From IMG/VR virus record IMGVR_UViG_3300025154_000052, positions 32,001-96,000 of that record: a stretch of DNA of 64,000 nt, one strand, 5' to 3'. Position 1 is the first letter of the stretch, and each line of letters begins with the position of its first letter. A model generated the notes under the pieces. That model did not search any database and had not been told where the DNA came from. It saw only the letters and a list, made by a program, of their open reading frames with translations. The position numbers and the translations under genes are program-made. Shown one piece after another: positions 18,254-26,513 of the stretch. The stretch comes from a virus.

Positions 18254-18588
18254 AACCGCCCAGCCCGGCTGCAGCATACGCCATCCTATACCCGCAGTTG
18301 GCCGAGATCGCACGCCATCATGGGTACACACTGGCTATCCACGGGTCGATGACTCGAGATCTGGATCTGATCGCTGTCCCGTGGGTGGACGACGCAGGCG
18401 ACCCGCAGGCGCTGGTTGCTGCCCTGACGGCCGAGATCGGCGGGTACGTGATCGGCAACACCAGGACAGCGGGTACAATTCCCCATCGAATTAAGCCCCA
18501 TGGACGCCGCGCATGGACGATCCACTGGGAGGCGAGTGGCGAGCACTACATCGACCTGAGTGTGATGCCCAGGTTGGAGGTGAGATGA
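18250..18588 (+). CDS. Minimal Pol-beta-superfamily nucleotidyltransferase-like protein
   Basis: HGSMTRDLDLIAVPW (GS..DxD) and distal IDL. Confidence 0.65.
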   Translation: MKPPSPAAAYAILYPQLAEIARHHGYTLAIHGSMTRDLDLIAVPWVDDAGDPQALVAALTAEIGGYVIGNTRTAGTIPHRIKPHGRRAWTIHWEASGEHYIDLSVMPRLEVR

Positions 18589-18986
18589 TTTGCGAATGCG
18601 GACAACGATTGTGCATGCCTGGGATTTTTCTGGGACAGACAGCACTATTGGTACCTATCGTCCAATTTCAGTGCCCGGCAGGGCATGTCACGCGAGTTTC
18701 ACTGGAGACCATGCGGCCCTACAATGCGCTACGCAGCGAGGTATTTCCCGCCCCGCGTGGCCAGTACAAGACTTGTGCAGACGGGCCGGTGTTCACCTGT
18801 CCTCTCTGCCCGCAAGGACTGATCCCTCTTAAACTCCCGGTGCACACCGTCCATGCTGACGGGAGGGTTACGCCGAGTGTCATTTGTCCGCAGGGATGCG
18901 GATTTCACGCCTACGTGACGCTGTCCGACTGGCGCCCACTCAGACTCGATGGTGAACCGTTAACCTTGGAGGACCATCATGGATGA
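18585..18986 (+). CDS. Cys/His-rich hypothetical protein
   Basis: CPLCP...VTPSVICPQGCGFH. Confidence 0.55.
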   Translation: MICECGQRLCMPGIFLGQTALLVPIVQFQCPAGHVTRVSLETMRPYNALRSEVFPAPRGQYKTCADGPVFTCPLCPQGLIPLKLPVHTVHADGRVTPSVICPQGCGFHAYVTLSDWRPLRLDGEPLTLEDHHG

Positions 18987-19464
18987 CACCCTGGCCCGCG
19001 CCGGTTGGCGCAGATGCCCAGACAAGGACATCATCAGATCGTGGGAGAAACCAAAGTCCGAAGGTGGACCAGGCGGGACCTGGCAGTGGATTGGCGAATG
19101 TGCCATCCCACAGTACGACATTAGTGGGTTGACGCCGTCAATGCGCGCAAGGATTCTTGTTCGTCCAGTCCATCCCGATGCCGGGTGGGATTACTGCCCC
19201 GAAGGATGGGGAGCACCTGCACCGGTCGCGACTGTCCAGGACCTCGGCAACGGCGTCACACTCACGACGACTGTGCAGATTGTCCCGTGCGCCGTTGTTC
19301 CGACCGAGCAGGGGTGGTGGTGGAGGCGGGACCGGGATGACCCGGTCAAGGTGTTCGCAACTGCCAACGGCGCGCTCCACTGGGCGCTACCTGACCACGA
19401 TTGGCGATGTGGAGTCACTGACGACGGGCAGTGGCTCGGACCATGCGTCAAGCCGGGAATGTGA
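18979..19464 (+). CDS. Trp-rich hypothetical protein, paralog of 49843-50307
   Basis: Shared motifs (see findings). Confidence 0.65.
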   Translation: MDDTLARAGWRRCPDKDIIRSWEKPKSEGGPGGTWQWIGECAIPQYDISGLTPSMRARILVRPVHPDAGWDYCPEGWGAPAPVATVQDLGNGVTLTTTVQIVPCAVVPTEQGWWWRRDRDDPVKVFATANGALHWALPDHDWRCGVTDDGQWLGPCVKPGM

Positions 19465-19488
19465 CACAAGGATAGGAATGGAGACGCT

Positions 19489-20040
19489 GTGCGGATACGA
19501 TTCAGGCGGATGCGGCCAGGCGCGATGGTTCCCACGAGACAAACGGAAGGGTCTGTCGGGTATGATCTTCATTTCTGTCCTGCTGATGGGAAGCCGGTAA
19601 CTATTCCGTCAGTGTGGACGTCTGTCTTCTGTTGTGTCGCTGGAATGGTCCCTACCCTGATCGATATGCGGCACAGTATCGAAGTGATCGGCCAGGTCCG
19701 CAAATACTGGCTTGATCGTTTGAAAGTCGGATCCACTCTCCTGTCTACTGGCATCGCCGTTGCAATCCCGCCAGGTTACGAAGGTCAGGTAAGATCCCGC
19801 TCTGGCTTGAGTTACAAACACAGTCTGCTTCTGATCTGTGGTGCCGGTACCATTGATCAGGACTATCGAGGGGAGATCTGTGTCCCGCTACTCAATCTTG
19901 GGCCTGTCCCTGTAGTTCTCCAGCCAGGTGAGCGTATCGCTCAGGTCATCATCGCCCCCGTGCTTACTCCGGAATGGGTGGAGGCGGATTTGGACGATAC
20001 CGCTCGGGGTAAGGGCGGATTTGGCAGCACCGGAATGTAG
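19489..20040 (+). CDS. dut: Trimeric dUTPase with an insertion
   Basis: GYDL, RSGL, GTIDQDYRGE, RIAQ, RGKGGFGSTG. Confidence 0.93.
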   Translation: MRIRFRRMRPGAMVPTRQTEGSVGYDLHFCPADGKPVTIPSVWTSVFCCVAGMVPTLIDMRHSIEVIGQVRKYWLDRLKVGSTLLSTGIAVAIPPGYEGQVRSRSGLSYKHSLLLICGAGTIDQDYRGEICVPLLNLGPVPVVLQPGERIAQVIIAPVLTPEWVEADLDDTARGKGGFGSTGM

Positions 20041-20046
20041 GGGCTG

Positions 20047-21801
20047 ATGATACCGCGTGAGATCATCGACGAAGTCCGGAATCGGATCTCCATCGTGGAG
20101 GTCGTGGGCCGTTATGTGGGATTGCGCCAAAAGGGTAAATCTCACTGGGGTCTGTGCCCGTTCCATACCGAGAAGACCCCTTCCTTCCACGTCAGCGACC
20201 TCAAGCGGATGTTCTACTGCTACGGCTGTCAGGCGGGTGGCGACGTCTTCAAGTTCGTCGCTCAGATCGAGAGTGCTTCCTTCATGGAAGTGCTTCAGGA
20301 CCTGGCCCGCCAGTGCGGCGTTGAACTCCCGCCAGCGTCCCCGCAAACGCAGCGCGTCCAGACTGAGCGTGAGCAACTTCTGAGCCTGACAGAGGTTGCT
20401 ACCAGTTGCTATGAGCGTGGCCTGGCCAGGTCGCCTACTGCACGAGCGTACCTCGAGCGGCGAGGAATACCGCCCGAGATTGTAAAGTCGTTCAGGCTGG
20501 GCTATGCGCCTCCGGGATGGGAGAACCTACATCGATACTTCGCCCGCCATGGACACTCGGTTGATGGTGGTGTCAAGACCGGGCTGCTGGTACGTCGTGA
20601 GGATGGCAAAGGCTGCTACGACCGGTTCAGGGATCGGATTATTTTTCCCATCTTCAACGTCTCCGGGAAGGTAATTGGATTCGGTGGGCGGATACTGGAC
20701 ACAGGCGAGCCAAAGTATCTCAACTCGCCTGAGAGCGTCCTGTTCAACAAGTCGAACGCTCTGTACGGGCTCGAGCAGGCACGGCGAGTCATCGCTCAGG
20801 AGGACTGTGCAGTCGTTGTGGAGGGCAACATCGATGCACTGTCGTTGCATGCGGCTGGTATCCGTCATGCTGTGGCGACGTGTGGTACTGCCCTGACGAA
20901 AGGGCATCTCCGGACGCTGAAGCGATACACCAGGCGGGTGCTACTCGTCTACGACGGTGATCGAGCTGGCCAGGCGGCGGCTGAACGTAGCCTGCCGATG
21001 TTTCTGGATGAGGACCTGTGGCCGTACTTCGTGTCACTACCTGTCGGTCAAGACCCGGATGACATAGTGCGTGCCGAAGGTGGAGACAGGTTCAAGACAC
21101 GGCTTGCTGGGGCTGTACCGCTGCTCGAGCACGTCATAGCGGTACATGCTAAGGGTGCAATCTCGTCGCCCATGAAACGTGAACAGGGATTGCGCGAGGT
21201 GATACCTCTCCTGGCCCGTCTGGCGGCTGAGCGGTGTGACTACTATGTCGGCTATACTGCGCAACTCTTCGGTGTCCGTGAGGAGTCGATACGCACGCTA
21301 CTGAGTGTTCAGGGTCCACGACAAGCGCAAGACATCCCTATCACGGCCAATCAGACACCCCTACCTGTGCAAGAGGAGTGGCTATTACAGTGGCTGCTCT
21401 GCTGTCCTGAATGCACTGAGACGGTGGACGAGATCAAGGTCATTGACTTCGTGTCTGATTGGCGTGTTCAGAAGATGGCTCGATGGATCGTCCGGCAACG
21501 ACTAGCCGGCAAGGTAGTCGAGTCGTCAACTTTTCTGGAGATGGTCAGGGACCAGGAAGTCAAGCAGCGACTGATTGAGTTGATCATGGAGGGTGTTGGA
21601 GATGGGGATGATCGACATTTTGAACAGATGGTTCTACGAATCAAACTAGCACGACTCCGACAGATCTCGAGCGAGGCTCAGGGTGAGATTCAGACGGCTA
21701 GTCGGGGTGCTACCCAGGAACGGATACTTGAGTTGATACAGCACAAGGTGCGGGTCGATCGAGAGGTTGCGGCAGTGCAGCGGATGCTGAAAGGAGACTG
21801 A
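20047..21801 (+). CDS. dnaG: DNA primase DnaG
   Basis: CPFH..KTPSF..CYGC zinc finger, KYLNSPE, TOPRIM VEG and YDGDRAG. Confidence 0.97.
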   Translation: MIPREIIDEVRNRISIVEVVGRYVGLRQKGKSHWGLCPFHTEKTPSFHVSDLKRMFYCYGCQAGGDVFKFVAQIESASFMEVLQDLARQCGVELPPASPQTQRVQTEREQLLSLTEVATSCYERGLARSPTARAYLERRGIPPEIVKSFRLGYAPPGWENLHRYFARHGHSVDGGVKTGLLVRREDGKGCYDRFRDRIIFPIFNVSGKVIGFGGRILDTGEPKYLNSPESVLFNKSNALYGLEQARRVIAQEDCAVVVEGNIDALSLHAAGIRHAVATCGTALTKGHLRTLKRYTRRVLLVYDGDRAGQAAAERSLPMFLDEDLWPYFVSLPVGQDPDDIVRAEGGDRFKTRLAGAVPLLEHVIAVHAKGAISSPMKREQGLREVIPLLARLAAERCDYYVGYTAQLFGVREESIRTLLSVQGPRQAQDIPITANQTPLPVQEEWLLQWLLCCPECTETVDEIKVIDFVSDWRVQKMARWIVRQRLAGKVVESSTFLEMVRDQEVKQRLIELIMEGVGDGDDRHFEQMVLRIKLARLRQISSEAQGEIQTASRGATQERILELIQHKVRVDREVAAVQRMLKGD

Positions 21802-22514
21802 TGAACATCCCTCTAGGACTTCGTGTCCCCAGGGGCGAGGCATGGCGCTTTGCTGACCTGATGATGAAGGAACTTGCACCTCACTGCGAGCGCATACAGG
21901 TAGTGGGCATGCTACGCCGGCACGGTCCGAAGAATGGGGGTAATCAGTTCCAAAGGTGGGTGGATGGGATCGACTTACTCATCATCCCAAGGATGGCGCT
22001 TTTACCTACCGGGTTGTATGCCGCAGGAAAGCCGATACTGACTCGACAACTGGCCCCAGTTGCATGGCTTAACGACGCGGTGCTTAGACGGTTGGTGAAG
22101 GTGCTGTCATGGGGCGATAAACACCTGTTGTTCAAGTACAAGTGGGCGCAGATTCGAGTATGGATGGCGGACGATCAGAACTGGGGACATCAGATGGTAG
22201 TCCGAACTGGGTCAACCCGCTATGTCGCTTGGTGGTACCTCAGAGCATTGAAACGGGCGGGCTATACGATCAAGGATGACTACGTCCGTAAGGGCAAGAC
22301 CATCATCCCTGTGGAGACTGAAGAACAGGCGTTCTCGCTGGCTGGTATGCCGGTGATCGATCCAGCCGATAGGAGACCCAACCTGTACAAGCCTAATCCT
22401 CGAAAGAAGAATCCTGGTCCCCGCAAACGCAAGAAGGTGCCCGTCAAGAAGGTCATTAAGAAGGTCGTCAAGAAGGTTCCAAAAAAGAAGAAGCGTAAGA
22501 AACAATTAAAATAG
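21801..22514 (+). CDS. Minimal family X DNA polymerase-like protein with Lys-rich tail
   Basis: CERIQVVGMLRR...GIDLLI, RTGS, ETEEQAF...GMP.IDP.DR (palm and thumb only). Confidence 0.75.
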   Translation: MNIPLGLRVPRGEAWRFADLMMKELAPHCERIQVVGMLRRHGPKNGGNQFQRWVDGIDLLIIPRMALLPTGLYAAGKPILTRQLAPVAWLNDAVLRRLVKVLSWGDKHLLFKYKWAQIRVWMADDQNWGHQMVVRTGSTRYVAWWYLRALKRAGYTIKDDYVRKGKTIIPVETEEQAFSLAGMPVIDPADRRPNLYKPNPRKKNPGPRKRKKVPVKKVIKKVVKKVPKKKKRKKQLK

Positions 22515-22546
22515 AGATTGAATGATACGTGCTTTTGTGATACGCT
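22505..22546 (+). promoter_or_regulatory. Sigma70-type promoter with ATTAAAAT element
   Basis: ATTAAAAT-N5-TTGAAT-N17-TACGCT upstream of dnaN. Confidence 0.6.
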
Positions 22547-22589
22547 GACCTATGCTGATTGCTGTCTTACCTACCAGAATGGAGTGGCT

Positions 22590-23702
22590 GTGGAGTTCTA
22601 CATCACGAAGAAAGTGTTTGAGCGGGCACTGGCTGAAGTAGTGCCTTTCATGGACATCAAGAATACCATCTCCAGGTTGTCGATGGCGCGGCTCGAGTTG
22701 AGCCAGGATGGTCTGACGATATCGGGCACTGATATGGAGATGGGATTCTCGAATCGGTACGAGGCCAGGTGCATTCTCCCCGGCGTCCTGCTTCTCGGTG
22801 GACGCCAATTGCTCGAGATCATCAAGGCTCTTCCCAACAAGGAGGTTCACGTCCGGGAGCTCGACAACTGGTGGATTGAGATCGTCTGCGGTAAGAGCTA
22901 TTTCAAGTTGGCTGGCCTGGACTCTACAGGCTATCCGGAGAGTCCAAAACTGGCCGGCGAGGATGTCACGCTGCTCAGCATTGGCGCCTCCAGGCTGGCT
23001 GACATGATCGATGATACCATCGTCAGTGTGGCCACCGATGACTCACGGTACGGGCTCAACGGCGCCTTCCTCGAGTCCGGCAACGACGACGACAAACACT
23101 TCGTCCGCATGGTGTCCACGGACGGACACCGGCTGACGCTCTACCACTCCGCCATGGACGCGCCGACCGGTGAATGGCTGCTTCCCCGCGTCGGCTTGAA
23201 ACTGCTCCAGAACTGGCTGCGTGGTGTGTCCGCCGATGTGGAGTTGTGTCTCGACTCCCGGACGCTCTCTATCAGACACGGGGATGTGTGCGTATGGATG
23301 CGGCTGTTGGAAGGCGACTTCCCCGACTATCGCCAGGTGATCCCTCAACGGTTCACCCGCACCGCTGAAGTGTCTCGAAGCGATCTCCTGTCTTGCATGA
23401 AGCGGGTAGCGCTTCTCTCGAGCGAGAAGACCCACTCGGTGAAGATCGAGTTGGGTGATGAGGGGATCATCGTTTCGACATCCAACCCGGATCTGGGGGA
23501 GTGTCGCGAGTCCGTTGACGCGACAGTATCGAAGCCTGATGGCGGGTTCTCCATCGGCGTGAACGCTCGGTACATGGTGGATCGACTCGCCAAGAGCACC
23601 GCAGTCCAAGTGACGCTCCGACTCCAGGATTCACTCAACCCGATCACCATCGTCGATGGCTCCGACACGATCGCAGTGATCATGCCAATGCGGCTTGACT
23701 GA
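22590..23702 (+). CDS. dnaN: DNA polymerase III beta sliding clamp
   Basis: SGTDME, STDGHRL, LLEGDFPDYRQVIP, GVNARYM, C-terminal VIMPMRL. Confidence 0.96.
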   Translation: MEFYITKKVFERALAEVVPFMDIKNTISRLSMARLELSQDGLTISGTDMEMGFSNRYEARCILPGVLLLGGRQLLEIIKALPNKEVHVRELDNWWIEIVCGKSYFKLAGLDSTGYPESPKLAGEDVTLLSIGASRLADMIDDTIVSVATDDSRYGLNGAFLESGNDDDKHFVRMVSTDGHRLTLYHSAMDAPTGEWLLPRVGLKLLQNWLRGVSADVELCLDSRTLSIRHGDVCVWMRLLEGDFPDYRQVIPQRFTRTAEVSRSDLLSCMKRVALLSSEKTHSVKIELGDEGIIVSTSNPDLGECRESVDATVSKPDGGFSIGVNARYMVDRLAKSTAVQVTLRLQDSLNPITIVDGSDTIAVIMPMRLD

Positions 23703-23950
23703 TGCCATGTAAAGACTGCTGCACTATCTACCATCGGTGGATCGGCCAGGCTCGAGAGTGGTCCCTCACCCATGGGCAAGACTTCTGGAATCTCCTGCTG
23801 GTTCGAGACCGCGTCTACCTGCATGAGATCGGTGGACAGCGGTGGATTCGAGGCGAGTGGAATGGTCGCGCATTGACAATGGAGTGTGCGCCATCTCTTC
23901 GACGGATTGTCCGTCAAGCACTGATGGAGACAGGGAATGAAGCCATCTGA
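23702..23950 (+). CDS. Hypothetical protein
   Basis: Translationally coupled between dnaN and ung. Confidence 0.5.
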   Translation: MPCKDCCTIYHRWIGQAREWSLTHGQDFWNLLLVRDRVYLHEIGGQRWIRGEWNGRALTMECAPSLRRIVRQALMETGNEAI

Positions 23951-24623
23951 TCCCATCTTCCCGCTCGGCTGGAGACAGTCACTCCCTCCAGCCATTGTGT
24001 CGTCAATGCTGTCGTTCCTGGCCAGCGACGTCCACGCAGGATATCTGTTGAATCCGTCTCCGTCGCTGGTGTTTCGGGCACTTCAGGAAGTGGATCTCCC
24101 AGATGTCCGGGTGGTGGTGTTGGGCCAGGACCCCTACCCGAATCATCTTGACGCCTGTGGCCTGTCGTTCAGCGTCCCGCCAGGGCGACCGGTCCCGGCT
24201 TCTCTGAAAAACGTCTTCAAGGAGATCTCCCGGGACACGCGGACGTCCCTTCCACCGTGGCAACGGGTGTCGGGTGATATCTCACACTGGGCGCAACAGG
24301 GCGTCCTTCTGCTCAATGCCGATCTGACGACTCGAGCGGGATATAGAGCAGCACACTTTGGCTATTGGCGGTCATTCACCAAAGCGGTCTTCGTGGCGCT
24401 CCGTCAGCACCGCCAGGGTGTGGTGTACATGCTCTGGGGGCGTAGTGCGAAAGACTGGGCTGAAGCCATCGACAAGCGGTGTAACCTTGTTCTCGAGGCC
24501 GCTCATCCCAGCCCGCTGGCCGGTAATACGTTTTCCGGCTGTGGTCACTTCACCAAGGCCAATGACTATCTGGCACAGCATGGCCACAAACCCATCGACT
24601 GGACATGGGCTGTGAACTACTGA
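23937..24623 (+). CDS. ung: Uracil-DNA glycosylase, family 1
   Basis: VVLGQDPY, GLSFS, QGVLLLN, AAHPSPL. Confidence 0.96.
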   Translation: MKPSDPIFPLGWRQSLPPAIVSSMLSFLASDVHAGYLLNPSPSLVFRALQEVDLPDVRVVVLGQDPYPNHLDACGLSFSVPPGRPVPASLKNVFKEISRDTRTSLPPWQRVSGDISHWAQQGVLLLNADLTTRAGYRAAHFGYWRSFTKAVFVALRQHRQGVVYMLWGRSAKDWAEAIDKRCNLVLEAAHPSPLAGNTFSGCGHFTKANDYLAQHGHKPIDWTWAVNY

Positions 24624-24633
24624 TGAGGATACA

Positions 24634-25023
24634 GTGAAAGTAAAGGTCACTGCTTTTGATCGTGAGCGAGTGATTAAGGCCATTCGAGACATCGATCGGC
24701 AGCACACCAAAGGCAAGATGTGCTTCGCTGCCATTATTGACGAGGCGCACGAAGTCGATCACGCTGTAGTGCGCGCAGTGATGAATGAACTGGCACGTCA
24801 GGGTGTGTTCAACGTCCAGTACTATCCAGTGCACAGGCACTGCGGACGAGTCATTGACGCCCCAGCCAAGACCAAAGCCACGATTCAGCGACGAATCGAC
24901 CAGGAGCACTACGGAAGGGTCTGCTTCCTCTGTCATGAGGATATGGATGGGAACCTCGAGGTGAGTCGACGACTCATCTACATCGGGCTGGAATCCTTCG
25001 ACAATGGAAGGGCATCATCGTGA
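24634..25023 (+). CDS. Hypothetical protein
   Basis: GAGG RBS, GTG start. Confidence 0.55.
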   Translation: MKVKVTAFDRERVIKAIRDIDRQHTKGKMCFAAIIDEAHEVDHAVVRAVMNELARQGVFNVQYYPVHRHCGRVIDAPAKTKATIQRRIDQEHYGRVCFLCHEDMDGNLEVSRRLIYIGLESFDNGRASS

Positions 25024-25565
25024 AGTTGGATATTGATCAGGTCAAGAAGGACACAACTCTCCGGACGCAGTTATCAGCAGGCTCACAGGTGAAGCGAGTA
25101 GAACAATATCTGTCCGATGAAAAGAGTGTAGTGAGACTCGAAGCACTCGAATGCCGGTCGTGTTTCTACCTTAAGTCCGGAGCAACGTCCGGTCAGGCTT
25201 TCAGTAACTACATCTGCAGTGTCTGCAGTAAACCCGACCAGTGGCCCAACACCCACGTTCCGAATATCTGCGCCGACTGTGCAAAGGAAAACCGGATGTG
25301 CCATCGATGTGGGGCATCCCTGGACTACGCTGACATTGAACTCGCGCCTCACAGCGACTGTACGCGCACTCAATACGGTTTCCGGTGGGGGAACATCAAT
25401 ATTTCTCGGATGTGCAACGATCCTCGTGCCGGGCGAGTGCTCTTGATCATGAGCCCGAAACATCATCTTCAGGTCAGGTTCACCAATTCGGGCCTGATCC
25501 GTTGCTTCTTGTCGAAATCGACGGAGGAGTCCATCGGGCCGCTCGATGTGGTGAAGTCGAAGTAG
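25020..25565 (+). CDS. Cys-rich hypothetical protein
   Basis: Multiple CxxC pairs. Confidence 0.55.
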   Translation: MKLDIDQVKKDTTLRTQLSAGSQVKRVEQYLSDEKSVVRLEALECRSCFYLKSGATSGQAFSNYICSVCSKPDQWPNTHVPNICADCAKENRMCHRCGASLDYADIELAPHSDCTRTQYGFRWGNINISRMCNDPRAGRVLLIMSPKHHLQVRFTNSGLIRCFLSKSTEESIGPLDVVKSK

Positions 25566-25566
25566 C

Positions 25567-26160
25567 GTGGTTTGTATCTACAGACGTGCGGATGAAAAGG
25601 TAGAGGCTGCAGTGGATCGTCACCCGGTATTCAATCTTGTCGCACCATGGATGACTGAACTTCTTGACGGACTAGATCATCCGTGGGCGGTCTGTGGTGG
25701 GGCTGTTCGTGACGTCATTCGTGGCAAGACTCCGCATGACATCGACATCATGAGTTTCGCCACGACGCGGGCACTCCTTGACGCGATAACCAGCAGGCGT
25801 AATGACGCTACGGTCAAAGCGCCGTATACGCTGGGTGGTAAGGGCAAGGTGAGGTTCCCTGCCGCTGGCTGGATATCCAAGGCAGATATCGAGCCCATCG
25901 TCATCGGCGCCGGCAACATGGAGGTCTGGTCTTGTCTCGAGTACGGGTGGACCGGGATCCCGAAAGGCAGGATCGAAGAGTTTGACTTCTCCTGTAACGC
26001 CATCGCCGCATGGTCGGACGGGACGCTGTCAGCTGATGACGAGGTCCTCCACCATATCAAGACCGGGCAGATGGCCATCCTCACGCCGAAGCGAGCACTA
26101 CGTCCTCATCGTGTGGGGCACATGCAGGCCAAGGGCTTCCGCCTGGTGAGCGCCGCATGA
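25567..26160 (+). CDS. Poly(A) polymerase/CCA-adding-like nucleotidyltransferase head domain
   Basis: CGGAVRDVIRGKTPHDIDI and FDFSCNAIA (DFxxNA). Confidence 0.8.
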   Translation: MVCIYRRADEKVEAAVDRHPVFNLVAPWMTELLDGLDHPWAVCGGAVRDVIRGKTPHDIDIMSFATTRALLDAITSRRNDATVKAPYTLGGKGKVRFPAAGWISKADIEPIVIGAGNMEVWSCLEYGWTGIPKGRIEEFDFSCNAIAAWSDGTLSADDEVLHHIKTGQMAILTPKRALRPHRVGHMQAKGFRLVSAA

Positions 26161-26513
26161 ACTCCTCAGAGATAGCCATGCTGATAGGCGGTTACCGCTA
26201 CACATTTCCCGATGAACAGGGACTGCAGGACGGTATTGAGCGTGTATTGACCGGAGCGGGAGTTACGTTCCAGCGGGAGGCGCAGTTGTCGGTTGATGAC
26301 CGGATTGACTTCCTGATTCAATGCGGGATCGGGCTCGAGGTCAAGGTGCAGGGACGGCCGGCCGACGTGACGCGCCAACTCCACCGGTACGCTCAGCATG
26401 ACTCGATAACGGCGCTCGTATTGGTGACCAGCCGTATGCAGTTGGCTCGCGTCCCCAAAGAGTTGAACGGTAAGCGGGTGGATGTGGTGCGGTTGATGGG
26501 GAGTATCTTTTGA
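26157..26513 (+). CDS. Small PD-(D/E)XK nuclease
   Basis: RIDFL...IGLEVK; adjacent to SNF2 helicase. Confidence 0.7.
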   Translation: MNSSEIAMLIGGYRYTFPDEQGLQDGIERVLTGAGVTFQREAQLSVDDRIDFLIQCGIGLEVKVQGRPADVTRQLHRYAQHDSITALVLVTSRMQLARVPKELNGKRVDVVRLMGSIF

